A stretch of 64,000 bases of DNA from Hymenobacter sp. (GTDB lineage Bacteria; Bacteroidota; Bacteroidia; Cytophagales; Hymenobacteraceae): assembly GCA_965247135.1 (NCBI GenBank), contig CBDFGP010000004.1, forward strand, positions 912,814 to 976,813, in the 5' to 3' direction. Shown piece by piece: positions 54,218 to 62,532 of this stretch (positions within the stretch are counted from its first letter, which is position 1; each line of letters opens with the position of its first letter). Position numbers and translations under genes: made by a program. Under the pieces are notes generated by a model. It had not been told where the DNA came from, searched no databases, and was given only the letters and a program-made list of their open reading frames with translations.

Positions 54218-55186
54218 CTACTGCGCCGCCGCCACTTCGGCCGCTGGCCCGGCGCTCACGCCCCGCACCAGCCCGCCGATGCCCCACACCCGCAGCCGGG
54301 CTTGCAGGGCCACGGCCTGGGCGCGGTCCGTGAAATTGCCCACCATGACGCGGTTGAGCAGCTTGCCGTTGATGGTTTCGGCTTGCAGGGCCACCAGCAG
54401 CCGCTCGTCCAGGGCCAGGATACGGGCCAGCAGGGCGCGGGCGTTTTCCAGGTTGCCGAAGGTGCCCGCCTGCACGATGTAGGTCAGCACGGAGGTTGCC
54501 ACCGGAACTTCGGCCGCAGCTTCGGCGGGGGCGGCGGGGCCAGCCGGGGCGGGCGCAGGCAGCGCCTGAGTAGGCGCGGCCGCAGTGGCAATCACGCCAT
54601 CGGTCAGGGTTTCCACCGTCAGCGTTTTGGTGGTCAGGTCCACGGCCGGTTCGCGGTAGGTAGTGAAGGGGGCGCGGGGCGCGGGGTCGGCCGCTTGCAG
54701 GGCCAGCAGGTTTTCGGGCGCGTCGGTGGGGCCGAGGGGCGTGGTGGCGGGCACCACTTCGGCAATGATGGGGATGGAACCTTTGTCAATGGCATCCAGC
54801 AGCCCACCGGCAATCTCCGACAGGTCAATGATGCGCCGGTTGCGGAACGGCCCCCGGTCCGTCACGCGCACCACCACCGATTTGCCATTGCCCAGGCTGG
54901 TCACCCGCAACCGGGTGCCGAAGGGCAGCGTTTTGTGGGCGCAGGTGTAGGCAAAGCGGTTGTAGCGTTCGCCGCTGGTCGTGCGTCGTCCCTGAAAGTA
55001 CTTGCCGTACCACGAGGCCCGGCCCCGCATCACGGTGCTTTGCTCGGCCGTGCGCGGCTCGGTGAACATGGCAGCCCGCACCACCACCCGTTTGTGCCGC
55101 GCGTGCCGGGCGGAAACGGGCAGGCTGGCGAGCAGCGAACCAAGCAGAAGAAGAACGAACGAGAAGCGAAGACGAGCTAAAGTCAT
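54218..55186 (-). CDS. rlpA: Septal ring lytic transglycosylase RlpA (DPBB + SPOR)
   Basis: GRASWYG...TTSGERY...AHKTLPFGT...VTDRGPF...IIDLS; C-terminal VQAGTF SPOR domain. Confidence 0.92.
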   Translation of the reverse strand: MTLARLRFSFVLLLLGSLLASLPVSARHARHKRVVVRAAMFTEPRTAEQSTVMRGRASWYGKYFQGRRTTSGERYNRFAYTCAHKTLPFGTRLRVTSLGNGKSVVVRVTDRGPFRNRRIIDLSEIAGGLLDAIDKGSIPIIAEVVPATTPLGPTDAPENLLALQAADPAPRAPFTTYREPAVDLTTKTLTVETLTDGVIATAAAPTQALPAPAPAGPAAPAEAAAEVPVATSVLTYIVQAGTFGNLENARALLARILALDERLLVALQAETINGKLLNRVMVGNFTDRAQAVALQARLRVWGIGGLVRGVSAGPAAEVAAAQ

Positions 55187-55525
55187 GCGGATGGGCCACA
55201 TTTTGGCCGATGGTGAAAGACAAAATTACCCGCCAACCAAAGTGCCAACCGAAAAAAACGACCAGTCCCAACCTTAAAACGGTCCTAAAATTGTCTTTTT
55301 CCCACAAAACTTGCATTTAATTCAGCCTACTTAACTCCGGCTTAACCCGCCTCTTGGGGCGTTGAAACTATTTTTTGGGAAAACCAGCCCCAGCTATTGC
55401 GAAAGTCGCAAAATAAGATTATGCGACGGGGATAAAATTTTGGCATTTTGGGCGCAGCCTCGGCAAAAGCCGGGTTGCACAGGTCGGGTTTTTGTTGTAA
55501 GAGCTAAAGCAGAACTTTAAGCAGC

Positions 55526-55680
55526 AGGGGCGGGGGCCAAAAGGCGGTCATGCTGAACGCAGCGGAGCGGAGTTGAAGCATCTCTAAAGCAGAATTAATC
55601 CAATCGTTCGGCGGCGCAGTAGAGATGCTTCAACTCCGCTCCGCTACGTTCAGCATGACCGCCTTTTGGCCCCTGCCCCT
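55526..55680. repeat. Fold-back element with about 61-bp arms (GTCATGCTGA...GAAGCATCT family)
   Basis: Arms 55526-55586 / 55620-55680 nearly perfect; abuts the TACCTTTG element of the DUF72 gene. Confidence 0.9.
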
Positions 55681-55692
55681 ACCTTTGCCCCC

Positions 55693-56607
55693 ATGGATTT
55701 TGGCCGCCTGCCCGACCTGCGCTACGTCAATTTCGGCCTACCGCCCGACCACCCCGACACGGCCCGCGTGCTGACCCGCGCCCGCCCCGCGCAGCCCAAC
55801 CCGCCGCGCCTGTTCGTGGGCTGCCCCATCTGGACCAACAAGGAATGGCTGGGCAGCTACTTCCCGCTTGGCATCAAGGAGCCCGACTACCTGCTCTACT
55901 ACGCTCAGCAGTTCAACAGCCTGGAGCTGAACACCACCCACTACCGCATTCCCGACGGCCCCACCGTGCGTCGCTGGCGGGCCGCCGTGGGGCCGGGGTT
56001 CAAGTTCTGCCCCAAGCTGCCGCGTAGCATCAGCCACGAGCGGGAACTGTTCGACACCGACGGGCTGGCCGCCACTTTCAGCCGCGCCATTGAGGAACTG
56101 GGTCCCAACCTGGGCTGGGCGTTTCTGCAACTGCCGCCCCACTTCGGTCCCGAGCACCTGCCCCGCCTCGAACGCTTCTTATTGGACTGGCCCGCCGCCG
56201 TGCCCCTGGCCGTGGAACTGCGCCACCCCCGCTGGTTTGCCGACCCCGGCCTGGCCGATGCCGTCTTTGCCACTCTCGAAGCGCTCAACCAAACCCTGGT
56301 CATCACCGACGTGGCCGGGCGGCGCGACGTGCTGGCCATGCGCCTCACTACCCCCACCGCCTTCGTCCGCTTCAACGGCCACGGCCTGCACAGCACCGAC
56401 TACCAGCGTGCCGATGCCTGGGCCGAGCGCCTGGCCGCGTGGTACGCGCAGGGCCTGCACGAGGCGTATTTTTTCATCCACCAGCGCGACGTGCGCCACG
56501 CCCCGGTGTGGACGCAGCATTTCCTGGCGCGGGTCAAAGAACTGACGGGGCTGGCGGTGCCGCCGCCGTTCGTGGTGCCCCAGGCGGTGCAGGGGAGCTT
56601 GTTTTGA
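55693..56607 (+). CDS. DUF72 family protein
   Basis: YAQQFNSLELNTTHY, FCPKLPRSISH, FLQLPP, AVELRHPRW, FVRFNG, YFFIHQ. Confidence 0.93.
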   Translation: MDFGRLPDLRYVNFGLPPDHPDTARVLTRARPAQPNPPRLFVGCPIWTNKEWLGSYFPLGIKEPDYLLYYAQQFNSLELNTTHYRIPDGPTVRRWRAAVGPGFKFCPKLPRSISHERELFDTDGLAATFSRAIEELGPNLGWAFLQLPPHFGPEHLPRLERFLLDWPAAVPLAVELRHPRWFADPGLADAVFATLEALNQTLVITDVAGRRDVLAMRLTTPTAFVRFNGHGLHSTDYQRADAWAERLAAWYAQGLHEAYFFIHQRDVRHAPVWTQHFLARVKELTGLAVPPPFVVPQAVQGSLF

Positions 56608-56832
56608 GACCCCGTACCGCCCGCCCTGGCGTTTAACGCAGTTTCCCGGTCCCAGTGGCCACTGCCCCGCTGGTTCAGGAAGGCCAGTGGCTCTTGCCGG
56701 GTGAGGTGCTTGTTTTGTCTTCCGACGCAGCCCCGCTTAGCAGCACTACCTGATGAATCTTTGGTTTAACCCAAAGTGTAAACCAAAAGCAAAACAGCCA
56801 CCTAGCTTCGCGGCTAAGTGGCTGTTAATTAG

Positions 56833-56910
56833 TGGTGGGAGATACTGGGTTCGAACCAGTGACCCTCTGCTTGTAAGGCAGATGCTCTGAACCAGCTGAG
56901 CTAATCTCCC
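56833..56910 (-). tRNA. tRNA-Val (TAC), CCA encoded
   Basis: Full cloverleaf GGGAGAT...TCTGC-CT-TAC-AA-GCAGA...GGTTCGAACCC...ATCTCCCACCA. Confidence 0.98.
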
Positions 56911-57067
56911 GGCTTTTTCCCGTTGGGGAGTGCAAAGGTGCGGCGTTTTTTTGAAACGGCCAAATAGTGGCCGGAAAATCTGGTCCCGTCCGGGCTGGTA
57001 ACGTATTTTCCGTTGCGCCGTTAAGCGGGTTTACATTTCACTTTCTCACCCCCTGCCAACCATAACC

Positions 57068-57955
57068 ATGAACACTGCCCTCCTTCAGAACTACTCGGAA
57101 GCCGAAAAAACGGCCTACCTCAGCGCCATTGCCAGCTTGGCTACGGCCGACCGCCAGGCTTCGGCCCCCGAACAGCAGTTTTTGCAAGCCCTGACCCAGC
57201 AGGCCAGCCTTTCGACCGAGGCCGCCCAGCAGGTGCTGGCCGCCGCCAACGACCCCAACAATGCCAACATCCAGCAGGACCTGGACGCGCTCAAAGGGTC
57301 CGATTTGCGCTTCTCGCTCGTGGCCGACCTCATCAGCTTCGCCCGCGCCGATGGCTCCTACGCCAACGACGAAGAGGCCATGATAACCAAAATGGCCACT
57401 TACCTCGGCGTGAACCAAGCACAAAAGCAAACCCTGGAAACGGTGGTGGACCAGGCCACCCAAGTGCCCCACGACCCCACCGACCCCGCCAAAGAGGGCT
57501 TTTTTGACAAAATTGGCGGAACGCTTGCCAACGTGGGCATCCCGAAAAGCGCCCTGCTCACCGGCTTGCTCGGCGTGGTGGCCCCAATGGTCATTTCCAG
57601 GGTGATGGGGGGCGGCGGCAGCCAGGACCAGGGCAGCCAAAGCAGCGGCGGCCTGGGGGGCATCCTGGGCAGCGGCATGGGCGGATTGCTGGGCGGCGCG
57701 GCCCAAAGCGGCATGGGTGGCCTGCTTGGCGGGCTGCTGGGCAGCGTCATGGGCGGGGGCAACCAAGCCCCGTCGCAAGGCTCGGCCATTGGCAGCGGCG
57801 GGCTGGGGTCCATCATGTCGGTGCTGGGCGGGCTGGGCGGCGTGGCCGGTTCGCAGCCGCGCAGCGCGGGCGGCGGCGGGCTGAGCGGCTTGCTGGGCGG
57901 GCTGGGTGGCGGCGGCGGCTTGGGTGGGCTGCTCGGCGGCTTGCTGGGCGGATAA
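57068..57955 (+). CDS. TerB-like protein with Gly/Leu-rich C-terminal tail
   Basis: AYLSAIASLATADRQAS..EQ and ADLISFARADG...EE TerB-like helices; GGLGG(I/L)LG low-complexity tail. Confidence 0.8.
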   Translation: MNTALLQNYSEAEKTAYLSAIASLATADRQASAPEQQFLQALTQQASLSTEAAQQVLAAANDPNNANIQQDLDALKGSDLRFSLVADLISFARADGSYANDEEAMITKMATYLGVNQAQKQTLETVVDQATQVPHDPTDPAKEGFFDKIGGTLANVGIPKSALLTGLLGVVAPMVISRVMGGGGSQDQGSQSSGGLGGILGSGMGGLLGGAAQSGMGGLLGGLLGSVMGGGNQAPSQGSAIGSGGLGSIMSVLGGLGGVAGSQPRSAGGGGLSGLLGGLGGGGGLGGLLGGLLGG

Positions 57956-58052
57956 GAAAGTGGTTTTGGGACCAGAAAACGCCCCGGCGTGCTCCTGCCC
58001 CGAAACAGTAATCCGTCCGGGAACGCCAGATTCTTAAACCCGGGTATGGCCG

Positions 58053-58084
58053 GTGGGGCCACGGCTTTTCAGTCGTGGCCCCAC
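58053..58084. repeat. REP-like hairpin GTGGGGCCACG...CGTGGCCCCAC
   Basis: Same architecture as the 7168-7208 hairpin. Confidence 0.7.
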
Positions 58085-58348
58085 TTCGTTGCAGTGCATA
58101 CCGCTGCCGGGGCTGAAGTACACCGTAGCGCGTTAGTGCCGCGTCGAGCACCAAAATCCCACGCTGCACGGGCAGGCACGTTTTCGCCACTTGCCGGCTG
58201 GTTTTGCAGGGCCACACAAAGGGAAGGCCTCACCCGTGGCCGCACGGCCGGTTCAAGACTGTTGGCCCCACCCGTTGCAGGCGCTGCGAGCGCGGCTTTT
58301 CGCTGATGTAGCCCCGGCATTGCGCGGGTTCGGGCGTACATTCGGCAC

Positions 58349-58684
58349 ATGGTTCACCCGGCCCTCCGGCCCTTGCTGCCCGAACTGCGCCAATTGTGTG
58401 CCCGCTATGGGGTGCAACAGTTCTACCTGTTCGGCTCGGCCGTAACCGACCGGTTCGACCCGGCACGCAGCGATGTGGATGCCGTGGTGCAAATGCCGCC
58501 CGACCTCGACCCGCTCGACCGGGGTGGGCGGATTTGGGATTTGTGGGATGCGCTAGAAGAATTATTTGGCCGCCGGGTCGATTTGGTTACGCCAGAGTCT
58601 CTCAAGAATCCCATTTTCAAGCTGGAACTGGCCGAAACCCAGGAATTGATTTATGACGCGACGCATTCACAAGCTGCTGTATGA
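58349..58684 (+). CDS. Minimal nucleotidyltransferase (MntA-type antitoxin)
   Basis: LFGS...SDVD and LEELFGRRVDLV motifs. Confidence 0.9.
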   Translation: MVHPALRPLLPELRQLCARYGVQQFYLFGSAVTDRFDPARSDVDAVVQMPPDLDPLDRGGRIWDLWDALEELFGRRVDLVTPESLKNPIFKLELAETQELIYDATHSQAAV

Positions 58685-59000
58685 CGTGTGGTTGGCGTTG
58701 GAGCAAATCGAACAATTTGTAGCCGATACCCCGGACTTTTCTGCTTACCAAGCCGACCCTCGGACCCAAGCAGCGGTGAACTGGCACCTTATTATTGTAG
58801 GCGAAGCCACGAATAAGTTGCAGCAGGAAGACCCCAACGTAACGCTGCCCGAAGCCCGGCGCATTGTGGGCCTCCGCAACCGGCTGGTCCATGCCTACGA
58901 CGACGTGGACGATGGTACAGGCTGGGATATTTTGCAAAATCACCTGTCGGTGCTGAAAGCCGACGTGCGCCGCAGGATTGATGAGATAGAGCGAGCCTGA
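58653..59000 (+). CDS. HEPN RNase toxin (HepT/DUF86)
   Basis: IIVGEA and GLRNRLVHAY (R-x4-H motif plus adjacent Tyr); overlaps the MNT gene. Confidence 0.92.
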   Translation: MTRRIHKLLYDVWLALEQIEQFVADTPDFSAYQADPRTQAAVNWHLIIVGEATNKLQQEDPNVTLPEARRIVGLRNRLVHAYDDVDDGTGWDILQNHLSVLKADVRRRIDEIERA

Positions 59001-59042
59001 AAGTGGCGGGAATGATTGAGCGGATTTACGCGCTGCGGTGAG

Positions 59043-59651
59043 CTACTCTGCCCCGCCCAGCGCCCGCGCCACAATGCCTTGCAGCACCCCCAGCAGCTCG
59101 GGCAAGTTTCGGATGCTGTACACGGCATTGTCCAGCGTCAGCACCCGGCCCATCAGGGTCAGAAAGCGCCAGTCCACGCCCGTCGTGGAGCAGCCGAACA
59201 ACACCGGCACCGGGCGGTGGGCCAGTTCGTTGAGGCGCTGTGCGCCCACAAGTTGAGCCGCACATTGCACCGTGCCAGCTTCCAGGTCCTGCTTTTTGGC
59301 CTCGGTAATGCAAAACACCGGGGCCACCACAAAATCCCGAATTGGGCTGCTGGTAAGCACAAAATCGCACTCGCCGCGCAGCCCCGCCGCCGCGTCCACG
59401 TCCAGGTTCACGCCCGAATGCAGCGTAAACCGCTGCTGGTTCAACTCCGACAATTCGGCCAGCACCGGCGACACCAGCCGCTCCGAGCGCGACTTCTCGC
59501 TGACGTAGCCCAGGCGTTGCGCCCGCGCCAGCGTTTCGGTCAGCCACGCCGAGGGCGGCTGGGCGACCGGACTGGGGAACAAGGCAGCGGCTTGGAAGTC
59601 CAGCTCGAATTGTTGCGCCAGGGCGGCAGGGGTGAAGTCGGTATAGGCCAT
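59043..59651 (-). CDS. Hypothetical protein with PD-(D/E)XK-like motif
   Basis: GECDFVL...ITEAKK...QCAAQL; SEKSRSERLVSPVL. Confidence 0.7.
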   Translation of the reverse strand: MAYTDFTPAALAQQFELDFQAAALFPSPVAQPPSAWLTETLARAQRLGYVSEKSRSERLVSPVLAELSELNQQRFTLHSGVNLDVDAAAGLRGECDFVLTSSPIRDFVVAPVFCITEAKKQDLEAGTVQCAAQLVGAQRLNELAHRPVPVLFGCSTTGVDWRFLTLMGRVLTLDNAVYSIRNLPELLGVLQGIVARALGGAE

Positions 59652-59690
59652 GCGAACGAAGTTAAGCCGAAGTTCGCAGCTAACATGGTT

Positions 59691-60065
59691 TCAACGTTGA
59701 AAATTGTAAGCAACAACAAATGTTGCACCTCGTGGCATATATGGGTCAGCGGGTTGGCCAACGTGGGAAACACGTGGTTCATTATCGGCTGGGGTGCCGA
59801 TAAATTCCCACCTTTTCGCAAGCAAAGGTTCGGGGCACTTCTGCCACTTTTGCACCTTATAAACGGCCCGCACAATTCCCCGGTACACGGCCGCAACGTA
59901 CTTGGCCCTCTTGGTACGCCATTCGGCCATCCTCCAAGCACGTCGCGTGGCATTGTACAACTCACCGGCTGGGATTTGGCCGTTGTACCTTTCGTTCAAT
60001 TCGCGGTATTGGGTAGCGAGATTGAAGAAAACAAAGTCGCCAGGAAATTCAATGGGAGTTGGCAT
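59691..60065 (-). CDS. Hypothetical 124-aa protein resembling the C-terminal domain of LEM-3-like GIY-YIG proteins
   Basis: LYNATRRAW...AKYVAAVYRGIVRAVY...W...RWEFIG pattern. Confidence 0.6.
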   Translation of the reverse strand: MPTPIEFPGDFVFFNLATQYRELNERYNGQIPAGELYNATRRAWRMAEWRTKRAKYVAAVYRGIVRAVYKVQKWQKCPEPLLAKRWEFIGTPADNEPRVSHVGQPADPYMPRGATFVVAYNFQR

Positions 60066-60067
60066 GA

Positions 60068-60538
60068 TTAGGGGATGATTTCAAAGTCGATAGCAGACAG
60101 CCCTGCTTTGCCTGGGTAGGGAACGGGGGTGCAAAACATACCGGTGCAGGCCACACTATTGTAATAATACAACTCAACATTGTACGTGCCCTGTGGAAGC
60201 CAAATTGGAAAGGGTCGTGTCTGTAATGAAGTAGCGTTACCGTTTTCCTTAGCAAGAACAGCATTATCTATCAAAACGGAAAAGGAACCTTGAGAACTAA
60301 TTTGAGTAAAAATACCGTTAATGCTCTCAATTTTAAGCACGTGATTTGGTGCTACAACTAAAGTTTTAGTATCTACTGTTTGAACATTGGTAGGTCCATT
60401 GTACAGGCCATCACCGCTAAGGGTAACATACCGCACCTGCGAGAACTTCAAGTTACCTTGAGCCAAAGCAGTTTGTGTTAGCCCACCCAGAAAAATCAGC
60501 AGACTAAAAACCCGAAGTAGTGTAAACAAGCGTTTCAT
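60068..60538 (-). CDS. AT-rich secreted hypothetical protein
   Basis: Signal peptide MKRLFTLL...ALA-Q; FPIWLPQGTY; low GC. Confidence 0.75.
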   Translation of the reverse strand: MKRLFTLLRVFSLLIFLGGLTQTALAQGNLKFSQVRYVTLSGDGLYNGPTNVQTVDTKTLVVAPNHVLKIESINGIFTQISSQGSFSVLIDNAVLAKENGNATSLQTRPFPIWLPQGTYNVELYYYNSVACTGMFCTPVPYPGKAGLSAIDFEIIP

Positions 60539-60827
60539 TGGTAGAAGGGGAAATGGTGGAAGGGGCGACGGCGAACTTGCTCCAGGCAGTGCCATCGAAA
60601 TAAAAAAAGCCGGCACCAGCATCGGTCTGGAACACCAGCAGGCCGGTGGCCGGGCTGGGAATGCCTTGCCGTTGGGCCAGGGTCAGGCGCGGAATCAGCA
60701 ACCCGCCCGCCGTGGAAACAATGTCCAACGCTGCTGAAGATGCTGGTGCGGGGGTGCCGATGCCGACCTGGGCTTTGCCCAGCAGCGGGAGCAACAGCAG
60801 CGCCCCGAGTGTAATCAGATGTTTCAT
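60504..60827 (-). CDS. Small secreted protein with Bacteroidota VGIGT...P...LD...G.LIPR.T..QR motif
   Basis: QVGIGTPAPASSAALDIVSTAGGLLIPRLTLAQRQGIPSPATGLLVFQTD...FFYFDGTAW. Confidence 0.8.
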   Translation of the reverse strand: MKHLITLGALLLLPLLGKAQVGIGTPAPASSAALDIVSTAGGLLIPRLTLAQRQGIPSPATGLLVFQTDAGAGFFYFDGTAWSKFAVAPSTISPSTNETLVYTTSGF

Positions 60828-60878
60828 GGGCGAGGGCGCACAAAAGGGTGAAAAACGAAGACCGGCCGCGAGCGTAGC

Positions 60879-61124
60879 TCAGAAAGGAATTTTAATCAGC
60901 CACCAAATTCCCCGGCCCACTAGCCCGATGGCTTTGAACGGAATGGCCCAGGCAGGGCTGAAAAATGAGTTGCCGGACTTTTCCGGCCGGCCCCGGTCGG
61001 CCTTGCCCCGGTCCCAGAATTGGTCCAGCGAAGAGGTGTTGTCGCGGATTACCCGGTTGCATTTGGGATTAGGGCAGATATCACCAAAAAAGACGTTGCC
61101 TTTGCCGCAGTAGGGACATTTCAT
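60879..61124 (-). CDS. Small zinc-ribbon protein with hydrophobic C-terminus (81 aa)
   Basis: MKCPYCG...ICPNPKC; C-terminal AWAIPFKAIGLVGRGIWWLIKIPF. Confidence 0.6.
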   Translation of the reverse strand: MKCPYCGKGNVFFGDICPNPKCNRVIRDNTSSLDQFWDRGKADRGRPEKSGNSFFSPAWAIPFKAIGLVGRGIWWLIKIPF

Positions 61125-61229
61125 GGGGATGGGGTGGGCGTGAAAAATAACACCGCAAAGGTCATCCACCGCCCCACCCGCTTGCAAAGGCCAAAAATTT
61201 CTTTTTCTTTGCGAACTCAAACCCCGCCC

Positions 61230-62474
61230 ATGCCGCACCTTGCCCCGCCTTTGCACCACGCCCTGCGCGAAGCCGTGGCGGCCCGCTTCGGGGAGCCGTT
61301 GCGCTACCCCAGCCACTGCGATGCGCTGGAAAGCGAGTTGCAACGGGCCGATTTTGCGGGCACCAAGCGGTTAAGCCCCAGCACCCTGCGGCGCTTCTTT
61401 GGCTTAGTGAAAACTGACGGCGGCTACCACCTGCACACCCTCGACACGTTGGCCCGCTACGCCGGTCACGCCGATTTTGCAGCGTTCGGGCAAGCGGTAG
61501 CAGGCTGCGCCCAGGCGACCACCGTGCTGGCCGATATCCCCGAACTGCTGGGCATGGACCGGCTGACTTACCCCGAACGGCTGTTGCTGGGCTACTTCCT
61601 GGGCCGCGTGACGCGCCCGGCCACGCCCGACGGACCAGCCGCGCCGCTGGCGTTGCGGCTGGCCGCTCACCCCGCCGGGCAGGAGTTTTTCGTGGAGTCG
61701 TTTGTGGATTTGGCGCATCTAAACGGGGCGTATGGCGAAGTGGTGCGCGAATACCTGCGGCACAAGCGCACTGCTGAGGCGCAGCTTTTTGGGCATTGCA
61801 CGTTGTTTTTGGGAGAGTTTCTGGCTGGCGACGAACCGGCCTGGCGGGCGCGGTTGCGGCATCTGCTGGCCCTGCCCGTGCCGCCCGAAACCCATGCCTT
61901 CCCGCGCGGCCGACGCGCTTTTGCCGAACTTGTGGCGGCCTGGCACGACGCGCCCGATGGGCAAGTGCCGCCCGCGTTGCTGGCCCGGCTGCGGGCCGAG
62001 GCAGCGGCCGTGCCCCGGTTGGCCGCGCCGGTGCCGCCGCTGCCCGCGTTCTACAATTTATTTCCGGCGGGCTACCATTTCTTCGTGGCCGAGGCGCTGT
62101 TTCTCACCGGGCAGTTTGCCGCGTTGCTGGACTGGACGGATTTCACGCTTGCAACCTTCCCAGAACTGGAAGTACTGGAAGACAATGTGTACCAGGCGTT
62201 GTTCCGGGCGTTTCGCGCCGTGGCCGCGCTCCGTACCAACCATCTTGTTGCGGCTGATTCGCCGGTTCTGCCCACGTTTAGCCCCGAAAGCCATAGCTGG
62301 TTGCTCGAATACTATCAAGCACACGGGTGGCTGGCCGAGCTGCATTTTGCCGCAGTTGCCGGGACCGACGCGCCGCAGGTAGCCCCGCTTCGACAGAAAA
62401 TACAGACGTTTGCGGCCCAACATCGGATGCCATTTTTTGAGCAGGCGGCTGCCCGTATTTTTTCTGCTGGCTGA
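61230..62474 (+). CDS. Hypothetical regulator-like protein (N-terminal HTH-like domain + helical repeat domain)
   Basis: CDALESEL...LSPSTLRRFFG...TLDTLARYAG N-terminus; divergent from the small-gene cluster. Confidence 0.75.
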   Translation: MPHLAPPLHHALREAVAARFGEPLRYPSHCDALESELQRADFAGTKRLSPSTLRRFFGLVKTDGGYHLHTLDTLARYAGHADFAAFGQAVAGCAQATTVLADIPELLGMDRLTYPERLLLGYFLGRVTRPATPDGPAAPLALRLAAHPAGQEFFVESFVDLAHLNGAYGEVVREYLRHKRTAEAQLFGHCTLFLGEFLAGDEPAWRARLRHLLALPVPPETHAFPRGRRAFAELVAAWHDAPDGQVPPALLARLRAEAAAVPRLAAPVPPLPAFYNLFPAGYHFFVAEALFLTGQFAALLDWTDFTLATFPELEVLEDNVYQALFRAFRAVAALRTNHLVAADSPVLPTFSPESHSWLLEYYQAHGWLAELHFAAVAGTDAPQVAPLRQKIQTFAAQHRMPFFEQAAARIFSAG

Positions 62475-62532
62475 ATTGCCTGAAAGCGCGTAACTTGCCG
62501 CCCCCGAACGCGCTACTTCTTTCCTCACCCCC

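Noticed and set aside
56610-56835. Prophage or ICE attachment site at tRNA-Val
   Set aside because: No duplicated tRNA 3' end and no integrase seen in the window; the downstream open stretch has no start or recognisable motif
57600-57955. GGC-rich low-complexity DNA as a repeat element
   Set aside because: Explained by the Gly-rich tail of the TerB-like protein
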